Assembly: GCA_964413375.1 (NCBI GenBank)
Contig: CAYPSI010000235.1
Coordinates: forward strand, 8,982-72,981
Length of the DNA stretch: 64,000 nt
Origin: an uncultured Spirochaetales bacterium
Lineage (GTDB): Bacteria > Myxococcota_A > UBA9160 > SMWR01
Direction: 5' to 3'
Shown one piece after another: positions 36,704-47,520 of this stretch. Position 1 is the stretch's first letter, and each line of letters begins with the position of its first letter. Under the pieces are notes generated by a model, which was not told where the DNA came from, did no database searches, and saw only the letters and a program-made list of their open reading frames with translations. The position numbers and the translations under genes were made by a program.

Positions 36704-37210
36704 TCAGCCGGCCGCCTTCCGGACCTCGCCGACCAGCGGGCGTCCCGCGTCGAAGACCGGCTTCGACTCGAGTGCCGACTTCGGCTGCGTCATGTGGATC
36801 GAGCCGTTCAGCACGGCTCCCTCGGCCACGATGAGGCGGGCGGCGCTCACGTCGCCGTCGACCACGCCGGTCGCCTGGATCTCGACGCGCTCGGTGCCGT
36901 GGATGTTGCCGGAGACCTTGCCGATCACGACGATCGTCTTGGCCGTGATCTCCGCCTTCGCCGTGCCGTTGGCTCCGATCGTGAGCTGGTTGTTGGGAAG
37001 GTCCACCTTCCCCTCGACGATGCCCTCGACGACGATGTCCTCGTTGCCGGTGAGGTCACCCTTGATCGTGATCGACTTGCCGATGTTCGCCATGCCTTCC
37101 TCGCCCCTCCCGAAGAGGCTCTTGGTGGATCCGCCCGCCGGCGCCACCGCCGGGAGCACCTCCGCCTGCGCTTCGCCGTCCTCATCCTTCTTTGCGCCGA
37201 ACAGGCTCAC
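36704..37210 (-). CDS. Bactofilin family cytoskeletal protein
   Basis: The core of repeated beta-helix motifs ([71 protein letters not shown]) is typical of the DUF583/bactofilin fold. Confidence 0.88.
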   Translation of the reverse strand: MSLFGAKKDEDGEAQAEVLPAVAPAGGSTKSLFGRGEEGMANIGKSITIKGDLTGNEDIVVEGIVEGKVDLPNNQLTIGANGTAKAEITAKTIVVIGKVSGNIHGTERVEIQATGVVDGDVSAARLIVAEGAVLNGSIHMTQPKSALESKPVFDAGRPLVGEVRKAAG

Positions 37211-37246
37211 ATGCGCCTCCTGCCTGGCTGCCGCGACCGCCGCAGT

Positions 37247-38941
37247 CTACCGCAGCGCCCGCACCGCATCGATCGAGATGTTGCTGTTGCGCAGGATCGT
37301 CCCCTGGGCCCGGTCGAGGCCCGTGGCCGAGGTGCGGTAGACCTGGAAGGCGTTGATCTGCTCGCTCTCGGCGCTCACCAGGTCGCTCTCGCGCAGCAGG
37401 ACGTCGAAGGGGGTCGACTCGCCGTACTCGAGGCGGATCCGCTCCGCGCGCAGCTGCTCGGCGGCGGCAACCGTGGCTCGCCGGGCCGCCTCGATCCCCT
37501 TCTGGGAGTCCGTCAGGTTCCGGATCGCCGTGCGGACCTCGAGGATGATCGACTGCTCGAGGCGGCGCTTCTGGGAGTTCGCCCGGCGCAGCTCGAGCTC
37601 CGCCTGCGACACGCGGTGGCGCGCCTGGGTGTTCGGGATGGGGAAGGAGAAGAGCGCGCCGGCGACGAACTGTTCGGCCGCGTCATCGGTGAGGAAGCGA
37701 TCCATCGAGCGGTTCCAGGCGCGCGTCGGGATGGTTCCCGGAGGTATCGGAAGGCCCGTCTGGAAGTCGATCGCGTCCGGGTTCTGAGAACCGGCGAGCC
37801 CCTGGTTTCCCCAGGAGACGCGCGCGTCGAGGCTCGGGAGCCGCTGGTTCTTCGCGAAGCGCAGCGAGATGTCGCGCTGCTCGATCTCCTTGTCGACCAG
37901 CGCGACCTCCGGTCGCTGCTCGAAGGCCATCGCGACGGCCGCCTCGGGATCGATCGCGAAGGGAACGTAGTCGTCGGGGCGATCGGTGGGCTGGATCTGG
38001 AGCGTCGAGTCCGCGGTGAGGCCCATGCCGAGCACCGCGTCGATGAGCTCGTCCTGAGCATTGCGGTAGCGATTCTGCGCGCGGATCAGCTCGAAGTCGC
38101 GCTGTGCAACGCCGGCCTCCGCCTCGACCACCTCGACGCGCGAGACGACGCCGACCTCGTACTGCGTCTTCGTCTGGTCGAGCAGCGCCGTCGCGGTCTC
38201 GAGGCTCTTCTCCGCGACGTTCACCTGGTCCTCGCTCGCGATCAGGTTCCAGTAGAGGTTCTGGATCCCCTGGACCACGTCCATCACATCCTTGCGGAAC
38301 TGGTCGAGCGATGCGTCGTAGACGATTCGCGTGGTGCGCACCTGGAACCAGGGCTGGTTCCAGACGAGATTCTTGAGCAGCGGCTGCGTGAGGGCGAGGT
38401 TGAAGCTCGACTCGTATCTCGGCGACAGCGCTTCGATCCGCGAGTTCGTCTCGAACTGGCCCGAGTCGTAGCTGAGCAGGTAGCTCGAGCCGAGCAGCGG
38501 GAGGGTGCCGCGGAAGCCCCCCTGGCCGGCCCAGTCCTTCTGCTTCGAGAGCACCTGCCCGGTGATCTGGAAGGAGTTCTCGAGCTCGATGTTCCGATAC
38601 GCGAAATCCGCGAAGAGCTCCGGATCGTACGCGCCCCAGGCCTGCTCCACGTCCTCGTAGGCGATGTAGGGCGAGTAGCGCACGACCTCGACGTCGAGGT
38701 TGTTCTCGAGCCCCATCCGGATCGCGTCCTCGAGCGAGAGCGCGAGGTCCCCGTGCAGCGTCGGCTGCGAGGGGCTCGTCGCTGCGGGGGGCGCGTCGGG
38801 CGCGTCCGCCGCGGGCGCTTGGGGAGTCTCGGGCACGGCCTCCCTCGGATCCGCATCATCCGCCAGCCCGGGGGAGGCCCCCCCCAGCAGCAGAGCCAGC
38901 GCGAGCCCGAGGGGGCCAAGGAAACGGGGAAGAGAGGTCAT
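37247..38941 (-). CDS. TolC-family outer membrane channel
   Basis: 564 aa with a signal peptide. Two OEP-type repeats have the characteristic coiled-coil segments ([17 protein letters not shown].., [37 protein letters not shown]..). Confidence 0.85.
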   Translation of the reverse strand: MTSLPRFLGPLGLALALLLGGASPGLADDADPREAVPETPQAPAADAPDAPPAATSPSQPTLHGDLALSLEDAIRMGLENNLDVEVVRYSPYIAYEDVEQAWGAYDPELFADFAYRNIELENSFQITGQVLSKQKDWAGQGGFRGTLPLLGSSYLLSYDSGQFETNSRIEALSPRYESSFNLALTQPLLKNLVWNQPWFQVRTTRIVYDASLDQFRKDVMDVVQGIQNLYWNLIASEDQVNVAEKSLETATALLDQTKTQYEVGVVSRVEVVEAEAGVAQRDFELIRAQNRYRNAQDELIDAVLGMGLTADSTLQIQPTDRPDDYVPFAIDPEAAVAMAFEQRPEVALVDKEIEQRDISLRFAKNQRLPSLDARVSWGNQGLAGSQNPDAIDFQTGLPIPPGTIPTRAWNRSMDRFLTDDAAEQFVAGALFSFPIPNTQARHRVSQAELELRRANSQKRRLEQSIILEVRTAIRNLTDSQKGIEAARRATVAAAEQLRAERIRLEYGESTPFDVLLRESDLVSAESEQINAFQVYRTSATGLDRAQGTILRNSNISIDAVRALR

Positions 38942-39107
38942 CGCCGGGGGTCTCCTCGCGGTTGGCGCGCGATCGTGGGGCCGGGGCGCCGGTCCGGAGG
39001 CACTTTACCAGAAGCCGTCTGTCGAACCCCCGGGAGCGTGAAGAAGCCATTGGGAATACGCGCGGCCTCGCCCCGGGGGCAGCGCCGGGCGCGCTATTCT
39101 CGCGCGG

Positions 39108-39860
39108 ATGCGCACCGTCGCCCTCGTCCTCGCCGCCGGGCGCGGAGAGCGCCTGGGTCACGCGCTGCCCAAGGGCCTCGTCCCGCTCGCCGGAAGGCCG
39201 CTGCTGCTGCACGCGCTCGCGGCCCTGGAGGCGGTGGACGAGGTGGATCTGCTGCTTCCGGTGGTCCCCGCCGATGCCTTCGAGCGCTTCGAGCGGGTGC
39301 TCGCCGCGGCCCCCGGGCTGCAAAAGCTCGCCCCCGCGATCAGGGGTGGGCGCGAGCGGCAGGATTCCGTGCGGGCGGGGCTCGCGGCCCTGCCCGCCGA
39401 CGCGGCGCTCGTCGCGGTGCACGACGCGGCGCGCCCCTGCGTGCGCCCCGAGGCCGTCCGACGCGTGATCGAGGCCGCGCGGGCTACCGGCGCCGCGATC
39501 CTGGCCACGCCGGTGCGAGACACGATCAAGCGGGTCGTCGCCGGACGCGTGGTCGAGACGCCGCCGCGGGCCGAATGCTGGGCCGCGCAGACGCCCCAGG
39601 TCTTTCGCGTCGAGATCCTGCGCGAGGCCCTCGCGAAGGCGGAGACCGACGGCCTGCTCGGAACCGACGACGCGCAGCTCGTCGAGGCACTCGGCGTTTG
39701 CGTCTGCGTGGTGCCCGGGGACGCCGACAACCTGAAGATCACCAGTCCCGAGGACCTCGTCTGGGCGGAGAGCCTGCTCCGCAAGGGCGCGAAGCGACCG
39801 CGCGGCGAGCCGCAGGCGTGCGGAGGCGGTCCCCCTCGAGGCCCGGAGCGGAACTCGTGA
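39108..39860 (+). CDS. ispD: 2-C-methyl-D-erythritol 4-phosphate cytidylyltransferase
   Basis: [16 protein letters not shown]-terminal motif, AVHDAARP and TPVRDTIK. Confidence 0.9.
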   Translation: MRTVALVLAAGRGERLGHALPKGLVPLAGRPLLLHALAALEAVDEVDLLLPVVPADAFERFERVLAAAPGLQKLAPAIRGGRERQDSVRAGLAALPADAALVAVHDAARPCVRPEAVRRVIEAARATGAAILATPVRDTIKRVVAGRVVETPPRAECWAAQTPQVFRVEILREALAKAETDGLLGTDDAQLVEALGVCVCVVPGDADNLKITSPEDLVWAESLLRKGAKRPRGEPQACGGGPPRGPERNS

Positions 39861-40345
39861 GGATCGGGCAGGGGGTCGACGCCCACCGGCTGGTCCCCGG
39901 GCGCCGGCTGTGGCTCGGCGGGGTCGAGATCCCGAGCGAGAGCGGACTCGAGGGCCATTCGGATGGAGACGTGCTGCTGCACGCGATTGCGAGCGCGCTG
40001 CTCGGGGCGCTCGGTGCGGGCGACCTCGGGAAGCACTTTCCGTCCTCCGACCCGGCGCTCGCCGGGATCTCGAGCCGCGTGATCCTCGAACGAGTAATGG
40101 CGCGGGTCGAGGCCGCGGGCCTGGCACTCGGGAACGTCGACGCCACGGTCGTCGCGCAGGCGCCACGCCTCGCGCCGCACCTCGAGAAGATGCGAGCGGC
40201 GATTGCGGATGCGCTCGGGGTCGATGCCTCACGGGTCAACGTCAAGGCCACCAGCACCGATGGGCTCGGCAGCCTCGGGCGCGGCGAGGGGATCGCGGCA
40301 CTCGCCGTGGCCCTCCTGGTTGCGAAGGGGCGGGAGACCCGGTGA
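39857..40345 (+). CDS. ispF: 2-C-methyl-D-erythritol 2,4-cyclodiphosphate synthase
   Basis: GTGA overlap with isp[28 protein letters not shown] and KATSTDGLG. Confidence 0.93.
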   Translation: MRIGQGVDAHRLVPGRRLWLGGVEIPSESGLEGHSDGDVLLHAIASALLGALGAGDLGKHFPSSDPALAGISSRVILERVMARVEAAGLALGNVDATVVAQAPRLAPHLEKMRAAIADALGVDASRVNVKATSTDGLGSLGRGEGIAALAVALLVAKGRETR

Positions 40346-41754
40346 GCCCCCTGCTGCTCCACGATACGCGCACGCGCAGCAAGCGACCCTTCGAGCCCCT
40401 CGAGCCGGGACACGTGCGCATGTATACCTGCGGGCCGACGGTATATGCCCCGCAGCACGTGGGAAACCTGCGCTCGCAGCTCTTCGCGGATCTGCTCAAG
40501 CGCGCGCTGCTCGCCGAGGGCTGGCGCGTCACCCACGTGATCAACGTGACCGACGTCGGACATCTCACCGACGACGCCGACGCCGGCGAGGACAAGCTCG
40601 AGCGGGCGGCCCGCGAGACAGGGGAGAGCGCCCCCGCGATCGCGGAGCGCACGACGCGCCAATGGCTGCACGACCGCGAGCGCGTCGGCTGCCTTCCGCC
40701 CGAGGTCCTGTGCCGCGCGACGGAGCACATCCCGGAGCAGATCGCGCTGGTGCGCAGGCTCGAGGAGAAAGGCACCACCTACCGCACGGACGACGGCATC
40801 TACTTCGACACCTCGAAGTTTCCCCGCTACGCGGACTTCGCGCGGCTCGAGCTCGCCGGCCAGGAAGCCGGAGCCCGCATCGGCGACGTCGCCGGCAAGC
40901 GCCATCCCGCCGACTTTGCGCTCTGGAAGTTCGCGGCGCCGGGCGTGCGGCGACAGCAGGAGTGGGATTCTCCGTGGGGACGTGGCTTTCCCGGCTGGCA
41001 CCTCGAGTGTTCGGCGATGAGCGTGCGCTACCTCGGGCAGCGCTTCGACATCCACACCGGCGGCGTCGACCACGTGGCGGTGCACCACACCAACGAGATC
41101 GCGCAGAGCGAGTGCGCCTTCGACGTCCACCCCTGGGTCTGCTTCTGGTTGCACAACGAGTTCCTCGACTTTCGCGGCCAGAAGATGTCGAAGTCGCTCG
41201 GCAACGTGTGCCTGCTCGACGATCTCGTGGAGCGCGGCTTCCCACCGCTCGCCTTCCGCTACTTCTTCCTGCAGGCCCACTACCGGCAGCAGCAGACCTT
41301 CACCGACGAGGCGATGGAGGCGGCCGCGACCGGCTACGATCGCCTGCTGGCAGCGGCCGCCGAGGGAGGGGGAGGCGCGGGCAGCCCCGACCCGGCACGC
41401 CTGGCGCCGCTGCGCGAGCGCTTCCGTGAGGCGATCCGGGACGATCTGAACGCGCCGCGCGCGCTCGCGGTGGCGTGGGAGGTGGCCCGCAGCCGCGAGC
41501 TCCCGCCGGAGGAGCGCACGGCGCTGCTGCGCGAGTTCGACGCGGTCCTCGGACTCGAGCTCGGCGTGGCGCTCCCGCGCGCGCAGCGGAGCGAGAGCGA
41601 TCCGCGGATCGACGCGCTCGTCGCACTGCGCGAGTCGGCGCGCCAGCGGCGCGACTTCGCCGAGGCCGATCGGATCCGGGACGCCCTCGCGGCGGAGGGG
41701 ATCTCGCTCGAGGACACGCCCGGCGGCCCGCGCTGGCGGAGGGCGGCGGGGTGA
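40342..41754 (+). CDS. cysS: Cysteine--tRNA ligase
   Basis: GTGA overlap with isp[19 protein letters not shown] (HIGH-type), WHLECSAM and KMSKS. Confidence 0.95.
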   Translation: MSPLLLHDTRTRSKRPFEPLEPGHVRMYTCGPTVYAPQHVGNLRSQLFADLLKRALLAEGWRVTHVINVTDVGHLTDDADAGEDKLERAARETGESAPAIAERTTRQWLHDRERVGCLPPEVLCRATEHIPEQIALVRRLEEKGTTYRTDDGIYFDTSKFPRYADFARLELAGQEAGARIGDVAGKRHPADFALWKFAAPGVRRQQEWDSPWGRGFPGWHLECSAMSVRYLGQRFDIHTGGVDHVAVHHTNEIAQSECAFDVHPWVCFWLHNEFLDFRGQKMSKSLGNVCLLDDLVERGFPPLAFRYFFLQAHYRQQQTFTDEAMEAAATGYDRLLAAAAEGGGGAGSPDPARLAPLRERFREAIRDDLNAPRALAVAWEVARSRELPPEERTALLREFDAVLGLELGVALPRAQRSESDPRIDALVALRESARQRRDFAEADRIRDALAAEGISLEDTPGGPRWRRAAG

Positions 41755-43745
41755 GCGGCTTCAAGCTCGTGTCCGAGTTCGAGCCGCGGGGCGACCAGCC
41801 CGCGGCGATCGAGGCCCTCGTCGAGGGCATCGAGCGGGGCGAGGCGCACCAGACGCTCCTCGGCGTCACCGGAAGCGGCAAGTCCTTCACGGTGGCCTGC
41901 GTGGTCGAACGGATCGGCAGGCCCACGCTCGTGATGGCGCCGAACAAGACCCTGGCCGCACAGCTCTACGCGGAGTTCCGACAGCTCTTTCCCGAGAACG
42001 CGATCGAGTACTTCGTGTCGTACTACGACTACTACCAGCCCGAAGCCTACATCCCCACGACCGATACCTACATCGAGAAGGACTCCTCGGTCAACGACCA
42101 GATCGACAAGCTCCGCCACTCGACGACCCACTCGCTCCTCACACGGCAGGACGTCATCGTCGTTGCGAGCGTATCGGCCATCTACGGGCTCGGGGCACCG
42201 GCCACCTACGGCTCGATGCACGCCTTCGTCGAGCCGGGCATGAAGCTCGACCGCGACGAGTTCCTGCGCCGCCTCGTCGACATGCTCTACGAGCGCAACG
42301 ACGTGGACTTCCACCGCGGCACCTTCCGCGTGCGTGGGGACGTCGTCGAGGTCTTCCCGCAGTACGAGGCCGAGCGGGCGCTGCGGATCGAGTTTTTCGG
42401 GGACGAGGTCGAGTCCATCGCCGAGATCGACCCGCTGCGCGGGAAGGTCGTGACCCGCCCGCGTCGGGCGATGATCTACCCGGCGAGCCACTACGTCGCG
42501 AACGGCGAGATCATCGAGCGGGCGGTCGCCGGGATCCGCGAGGAGCTGCGCGAGCGGGTCGCCTTCTTCGAGCGCCAGGGAAAGCTCCTCGAGGCGCAGC
42601 GGATCTCGCAGCGCACGCGCCACGATCTCGAGATGCTGCAGGAGATGGGCTTCTGCCATGGCGTCGAGAACTACTCGCGCTGGCTCGATGGGCGCGCCGC
42701 GGGCGAGACGCCCTACACGCTCTACGACTACTTCCCGAAGGACCTGCTCGTGGTGCTCGACGAGTGCCACATCAGCGTGCCGCAGATCGGTGGGATGTTC
42801 CGCGGCGATCGGGCCCGCAAGCAGACCCTGGTCGAGTATGGCTGGCGCCTGCCCTCGGCGCTCGACAACCGGCCGCTGCGCTTCGAGGAGTGGGAGACGC
42901 GCGCGCCGCAGCGCCTCTACGTCTCGGCGACCCCGGCGGCCTACGAGCTCGAGAAATCCGGCGGCGTGGTGGTGGAGCAGATCATCCGACCGACCGGACT
43001 GATCGACCCGAAGGTGGAGGTCCGGCGGGCCGGCGGGCAGGTCGACGACCTGCTGGGCGAGATCCGCAAGCGGGCCCTGGTGGGCGAACGCGTGCTCGTG
43101 ACGACGCTCACCAAGCGGATGGCCGAGGAGCTCACCGACTACTACGGAGAGCTCGGGATCCGCGTGCGCTACCTGCACAGCGACATCCAGACGATCGAGC
43201 GCATGGAGATCATCCGCGAGCTGCGGGAGGGCGGCTTCGACGTGCTGGTCGGGATCAACCTGCTGCGCGAGGGCCTCGACATCCCCGAGGTATCGCTGGT
43301 GGCGATCCTCGACGCGGACAAGGAGGGCTTCCTGCGCTCGACGCGCTCGCTGATCCAGACGATCGGGCGCGCCGCGCGCAACGTGAACGGCTCGGTGATC
43401 CTGTACGCCGATCGGGAGACGAACTCGATCCGGGAGACCCTGGAGGAGACGGACCGTCGCCGCGAGCGGCAGTCCCGCTACAACGCGGAGCACGGGATCA
43501 CGCCGACGACGATCCAGAAGCGCATCTCGAGCCTGCGCGAATCGATCTGGGAGCAGGACTACGTGACCGTGCCGACCCGCAAGCACCCTTCCGAGGGCGC
43601 GATCCCGTTCCACGAGCTCGCCGAGTTGATCGAGGGGTTGCGCCGCGACATGGCGGAGGCCGCGAAGCAGCTCGACTTCGAGCGCGCGGCGGAGCTGCGC
43701 GACCGCGTTCGCGAGCTCGAGGCGGAACGCCTGCGGGTGGGATAG
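41751..43745 (+). CDS. uvrB: Excinuclease ABC subunit B
   Basis: GTGA overlap with cysS. GDQPAAI, Walker [19 protein letters not shown], helicase motifs and the C-terminal UVR motif ([15 protein letters not shown]). Confidence 0.96.
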   Translation: MSGFKLVSEFEPRGDQPAAIEALVEGIERGEAHQTLLGVTGSGKSFTVACVVERIGRPTLVMAPNKTLAAQLYAEFRQLFPENAIEYFVSYYDYYQPEAYIPTTDTYIEKDSSVNDQIDKLRHSTTHSLLTRQDVIVVASVSAIYGLGAPATYGSMHAFVEPGMKLDRDEFLRRLVDMLYERNDVDFHRGTFRVRGDVVEVFPQYEAERALRIEFFGDEVESIAEIDPLRGKVVTRPRRAMIYPASHYVANGEIIERAVAGIREELRERVAFFERQGKLLEAQRISQRTRHDLEMLQEMGFCHGVENYSRWLDGRAAGETPYTLYDYFPKDLLVVLDECHISVPQIGGMFRGDRARKQTLVEYGWRLPSALDNRPLRFEEWETRAPQRLYVSATPAAYELEKSGGVVVEQIIRPTGLIDPKVEVRRAGGQVDDLLGEIRKRALVGERVLVTTLTKRMAEELTDYYGELGIRVRYLHSDIQTIERMEIIRELREGGFDVLVGINLLREGLDIPEVSLVAILDADKEGFLRSTRSLIQTIGRAARNVNGSVILYADRETNSIRETLEETDRRRERQSRYNAEHGITPTTIQKRISSLRESIWEQDYVTVPTRKHPSEGAIPFHELAELIEGLRRDMAEAAKQLDFERAAELRDRVRELEAERLRVG

Positions 43746-43757
43746 GAGGCGGCGCGG

Positions 43758-45647
43758 GTGTCGCTAGCCGAGCGCGTCGAAGCCCTGCCGACCGGACCGG
43801 GCGTCTACCTCTTCAAGAGCGAGGGCGGGAAGGTCCTCTACGTCGGCAAGGCGCAGAACCTGCGCAGCCGGGTGCGCTCCTACGTGAGCGGGGGCGACGG
43901 GCGCGTGCGGATCCCGCACCTGCTCGAGCGCGCGCACGACGTGGACGTGGTGCTGACGCGCAGCGTGAAGGACGCCCTGCTGCTCGAGAACGAGCTGATC
44001 AAGCAGCACCGGCCGCCCTTCAACGTGCGGCTGCGCGATGACAAACAGTACCTGGCTCTGCGCCTCGACCCTCGCGAGGCGTGGCCGCGGCCGACGCAGG
44101 TGCGGCGTTTCAAGCGCGACGGCGCGCTCTACTTCGGACCCTACACGTCGAGTGTCTCGATGAAGGAGGCGGTCTCGAACCTGCGCCGGATCTTTCCGCT
44201 GCGCTCCTGCCGGGATGCGGTGTTTCGGGACTACGCGAGGCGCGGGCGCCCCTGCATCGAGTACGAGATGCGCCGCTGTCTCGGGCCCTGCTGCGGCCTG
44301 GTCGACGCGGCGAGCTACGGGGAGCTCGTGGAAGGGACGCTGCTCTTCCTGCGCGGGCGCTCGACGGAGCTGCGGGCGGATCTGTCCCGGCGCATGGAAG
44401 AGGCGGCCCGCGAGGAGCGCTTCGAGGATGCGGCCCGATTGCGCGACCGGATCGCGGCGGTCGACCGCACGGTCGAGCGACAGCAGATCGTCGGCGAGCG
44501 GCCCGTCGACCGCGACGTCTTCGGGCTCGCGCGCCAGGGCGGCGAGGTCGAAGTGCAGGTCCTGCTGGTGCGCGAAGGGAGGTTGGTCGGCGCCCGCTCC
44601 TACGGCTTCTCGGACGTGCGTCTGGACGACGGCGAGGTCGTGGGCTCCTTCCTCGGCCAGTACTATGCGCCCGAGCACGCGCGGCCGCTCCCCTCGCAGG
44701 TGCTCGTGCCGGTCGAGATCGAGGACGGGGAGGCGCTCGAGGGGATCCTGGGCGAGCAGGCAGGGCGTCGCGTCACGCTGCGCCGGCCGCGACGCGGCCC
44801 GCTGGTCGAGCTGGTCGGGATGGCCGGGGCCAACGCGGCCCACGCGCTCACCCAGCGGCTCGAGGCGCGCGAGAGTCTCGATGCGGCGCTCGAGGAGCTA
44901 CGCGATCGCCTCGGGCTCCGCAGCCTTCCGCGGCACATCGAGGGCTACGACATTTCGACCCTGCACGGGACCCTCTCCGTCGGGAGCCGGGTGGTGTTCG
45001 AGGACGGCCAGCCGGTGACCGCGCGCTACCGGCGCTATCGGATCCGCGAGGCGGCCGCGGATGACGACTACGGGTGTCTGCGCGAGGTGCTCCAGCGCCG
45101 GCTCGCCCGGGCCGAGGTGGATCCGCTTCCGGACCTGCTGATGGTGGACGGGGGCAAGGGCCAGCTCGCGGTGCTCCAGGCGACGCTGCGAGACTCGGGC
45201 CAGCAGGTCGAGGCGATCTCGCTCGCGAAGGAGCGCGACGAGGAGTCCGCGTCCGTGCGCGTGCGTCGCTCGGGAGGTCTCAAGGCGGAGCGCGTCTTTC
45301 TGCCGGAGCGCAAGGACCCGGTGTTGCTCCCGCCGAGCTCGCGCGGGCTGCTGCTGCTCCAGCGCGTGCGCGACGAATCGCATCGCTTCGCGATCGAGTT
45401 CCAGCGCGAGCTTCGCTCGCGGCGCAATCTGGCGTCGGTGCTCGAGGAGCTTCCCGGTATCGGCCCGACCAAGCGCAAGGCCCTGCTGCGCGTTCTCGGG
45501 TCCCTGCGCGCGGTACGCGCGGCAAGCGAGCCGGAGCTCGCCGCCGTTCCGGGGATCAGCGCCCGCGACGCAGCCGCGATCCACCGCTTCCTCGCCGCCC
45601 TCGACACCCCGGACCCCCCGGAAGTCCCGGAAGCCCCCGGAGCGTAG
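43758..45647 (+). CDS. uvrC: Excinuclease ABC subunit C
   Basis: GIY-YIG N-terminus (PGVYLFK..VLYVGKA), UVR motif (FEDAARLRDRIAAV), an endonuclease domain and a C-terminal HhH. Confidence 0.95.
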   Translation: MSLAERVEALPTGPGVYLFKSEGGKVLYVGKAQNLRSRVRSYVSGGDGRVRIPHLLERAHDVDVVLTRSVKDALLLENELIKQHRPPFNVRLRDDKQYLALRLDPREAWPRPTQVRRFKRDGALYFGPYTSSVSMKEAVSNLRRIFPLRSCRDAVFRDYARRGRPCIEYEMRRCLGPCCGLVDAASYGELVEGTLLFLRGRSTELRADLSRRMEEAAREERFEDAARLRDRIAAVDRTVERQQIVGERPVDRDVFGLARQGGEVEVQVLLVREGRLVGARSYGFSDVRLDDGEVVGSFLGQYYAPEHARPLPSQVLVPVEIEDGEALEGILGEQAGRRVTLRRPRRGPLVELVGMAGANAAHALTQRLEARESLDAALEELRDRLGLRSLPRHIEGYDISTLHGTLSVGSRVVFEDGQPVTARYRRYRIREAAADDDYGCLREVLQRRLARAEVDPLPDLLMVDGGKGQLAVLQATLRDSGQQVEAISLAKERDEESASVRVRRSGGLKAERVFLPERKDPVLLPPSSRGLLLLQRVRDESHRFAIEFQRELRSRRNLASVLEELPGIGPTKRKALLRVLGSLRAVRAASEPELAAVPGISARDAAAIHRFLAALDTPDPPEVPEAPGA

Positions 45648-45665
45648 GATGCTGACGGGTGAAGT

Positions 45666-45739
45666 CGGCAAGCGAAGCGCGCAGCGAGCCGCAGGCGAGC
45701 GGAGCTGGCTGCCCGCGCTCGGTTCGACGCATCGTCCTG
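45666..45739 (+). repeat. 74-bp intergenic repeat, copy A
   Basis: CGGCAAGCGAAGCGCGCAGCGAGCCGCAGGCGAGCGGAGCTGGCTGCCCGCGCTCGGTTCGACGCATCGTCCTG starts 19 nt after the uvrC stop. My hand alignment to copy B gives 67/74 identities. Confidence 0.85.
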
Positions 45740-45813
45740 CGGCAAGCAAAGCGCGCAGCGAGCCGCAGGCGAGCGGAGTTGGCTGCCAGCGCTCGAATCG
45801 AAGCATCGTCCTC
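45740..45813 (+). repeat. 74-bp intergenic repeat, copy B (tandem with A)
   Basis: A head-to-tail continuation of copy A with 7 substitutions and no gap. Confidence 0.85.
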
Positions 45814-45834
45814 GGAATCAAAGCATCGTCCTCG
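45814..45834 (+). repeat. Partial third unit (3' ~21 nt of the 74-bp repeat)
   Basis: GGAATCAAAGCATCGTCCTCG repeats the ...GAATCGAAGCATCGTCCTC end of copy B. Confidence 0.6.
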
Positions 45835-45870
45835 TAAAGCCCCCGGCGCTGCCTGCCGATCCAGGCCTGG

Positions 45871-46749
45871 ATGCGCGTTCTCGCCGCATCCATCGCTTTC
45901 ACCCTCCTCTGCCTGCCCGGCGCGCTCGCGGCGGAGATCTACCGCTGGACGGACGCCCAGGGCCGCGTGCACTTCACGCAGGACCTCAGCCAGGTTCCGC
46001 CCGCGCACCGGGGCGCTGCGGCCGGCGCCGCGCGCGCCACCGGGGAGGGCCGCGTCCAGACCTTCGAGCGCCCGGTACCGAGCGGGCCGGCAGCGCTCTC
46101 CCGGGACGCTCCCGACGCCCCCGATTCCAGCTCCACTGCACGCCCGGTTCGGGTGCGCGTGCAGCAGGCCGGGCCGAGCCTGATGGTCGTCGCGCGTGTG
46201 AACGGGGTCCACGAGGTTCCCTTCCTGATCGACACCGGAGCGACGGACGTCCTGATCCCGCGCTCGGTGGCGAAGCGCATCGGGCTCGACGTCGATGCCA
46301 ATGGGCGGACCAAGCGCTACACGACGGCGAACGGGGTGGTCGAGCATCCCCTCGTGATGCTCGACTCGGTCGACCTCGGCGGAGCCATCGCTCGCGGGGT
46401 ACCGGCGAGCATCGGCCCGGAGATGCAGTTCGGACTGCTCGGGCTCTCGTACTTCAACCGCTTCACGGTCCACGTCGACGCGGCGGCGGGCATCGTGACC
46501 CTCGTGCCCAACGGACTCGAGGCGACCGGCGCGATCCGAGGCGGGCGGAGCGAGGCGCAGTGGCGCTCGGAGTTTCTCAATCTGGGAGATCGCATCGCGC
46601 GCATCGAGGCCGAGGCGACGCGAACTCCGGAGAGCCACGGTCGTGAGCGCCGGCGACTCGACGTCGCGCACGCCGAGCTGATGCGCCAGTTCGCACTCCT
46701 CGATGGCGAGGCAGATCGCGCGCGCGTTCCGGTGGGGTGGCGTGATTAG
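45871..46749 (+). CDS. Secreted DUF4124-like plus retropepsin-like (clan AA) aspartic protease domain protein
   Basis: A signal peptide is followed by EIYRWTDAQGRVHFTQD (DUF4124-like). VNGVHEVPFLIDTGATDVLIP carries the D-T/S-G-A aspartic protease signature. The C-terminus is coiled-coil-like. Confidence 0.75.
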   Translation: MRVLAASIAFTLLCLPGALAAEIYRWTDAQGRVHFTQDLSQVPPAHRGAAAGAARATGEGRVQTFERPVPSGPAALSRDAPDAPDSSSTARPVRVRVQQAGPSLMVVARVNGVHEVPFLIDTGATDVLIPRSVAKRIGLDVDANGRTKRYTTANGVVEHPLVMLDSVDLGGAIARGVPASIGPEMQFGLLGLSYFNRFTVHVDAAAGIVTLVPNGLEATGAIRGGRSEAQWRSEFLNLGDRIARIEAEATRTPESHGRERRRLDVAHAELMRQFALLDGEADRARVPVGWRD

Positions 46750-46753
46750 GTTG

Positions 46754-46827
46754 CAGGACGCTGCGTCGACGCGTGCGCTGACAGCCTTCTCCGCTCGCCT
46801 TCGGCTCGCTGCGCGCTTCGCCTGGCT
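46754..46827 (-). repeat. 74-bp intergenic repeat, copy C (inverted orientation)
   Basis: An ungapped hand alignment to the reverse complement of copy A gives 62/74 identities. It starts 5 nt after the stop of the 45871-46749 gene. Confidence 0.8.
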
Positions 46828-46974
46828 TCCGCTCCCACTGGAATCCGAGTTCCAGAAGACGGCATCGCTTTCCACAACTGCGCCGTGCTTCGCCCGTGGC
46901 GTCGGCGCGCTGTCCGGAGCGGAATCCTTCGTTGGAGCCCTCGTTTGACCTGCGAGCTGCACGTTGCGCGCAGT

Positions 46975-46990
46975 CGGCACCGATCTTGCT
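46975..46990 (+). promoter_or_regulatory. Candidate sigma54 (-24/-12) promoter upstream of the small ORF and comEC
   Basis: GTCGGCACCGATCTTGCTAAAC is GGCAC-N5-TTGCT with GG and GC 10 nt apart. It matches the flp promoter core at 14 of 16 positions. The -12 element is about 55 nt upstream of the ATG at 47044. Confidence 0.55.
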
Positions 46991-47043
46991 AAACCCGGGG
47001 AGCGAAGGGCTCGCTGTGGGGGTGCGAGCCCTTGGAGGGCCGG

Positions 47044-47424
47044 ATGCACGACGACGGAAGCGGCGAGCGACCTTTCGGGACGGGCGCGCGGCCGCGGCAA
47101 CGGATTCGGGCGGATCTCGAGCGCCGGGGGGTGACCGAGGAGTTCTCCGAGCCCTTCTCGCAGCGGCTCGCGGAGATCTCCGGCCAGCTCTCGAGCAGTG
47201 AGTACCACGCGGCGGTCCTCGCGATGACGGCGGCCTACGAGGTGTGCCAGGGCGACTCGACCGACTTCGAGAGTCGCTGCCGCGACGTGCGCGAGATCCA
47301 GCGGCTGATGCAGGGCTTCGCCGGCGAGATGCGCAAACTCGAGGAGAGCCTCGGCATCGTGTCGGCGTACCTGGTCCGGCTGCGCTCGGCCGCGGACGGC
47401 GACGCCGGAGGCTCGGTGCACTGA
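47044..47424 (+). CDS. Hypothetical small cytoplasmic protein
   Basis: The ATG at 47044 is preceded by GGAGGG. 126 aa with strong third-position G/C bias. I recognise no family. It lies immediately upstream of comEC. Confidence 0.6.
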   Translation: MHDDGSGERPFGTGARPRQRIRADLERRGVTEEFSEPFSQRLAEISGQLSSSEYHAAVLAMTAAYEVCQGDSTDFESRCRDVREIQRLMQGFAGEMRKLEESLGIVSAYLVRLRSAADGDAGGSVH

Positions 47425-47520
47425 GGCCGGGCCTGGCTGCGACGGCTCCACGGGTCGCGTCGCGCCAGGGAGCCTCCCGCGCGCGCTATCCTCCCGGCGT
47501 CCCCGGTCCCCGGTGGATGC

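Noticed and set aside
36794-40345. 1183-aa ORF on the plus strand
   Set aside because: Only the last ~163 codons (39857-40345) are a real gene, ispF. The remainder runs antisense through the bactofilin and TolC genes and out of frame through ispD, giving a low-complexity Arg/Gly/Ala translation.
45666-45834. The tandem 74-bp units considered as a possible CRISPR array
   Set aside because: The units are contiguous with no spacers, there are only about 2.3 copies, no cas genes are in the window, and the third full copy is inverted 1 kb away. This is an intergenic repeat, not a CRISPR array.
45666-46827. The inverted repeats plus enclosed gene considered as an IS element or composite transposon
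   Set aside because: The enclosed gene encodes a secreted DUF4124/aspartic-protease protein, not a transposase. I could see no target-site duplication. The repeats sit exactly where terminators would be expected. Mobility cannot be excluded without genome-wide copies, so it is reported only as a repeat family.
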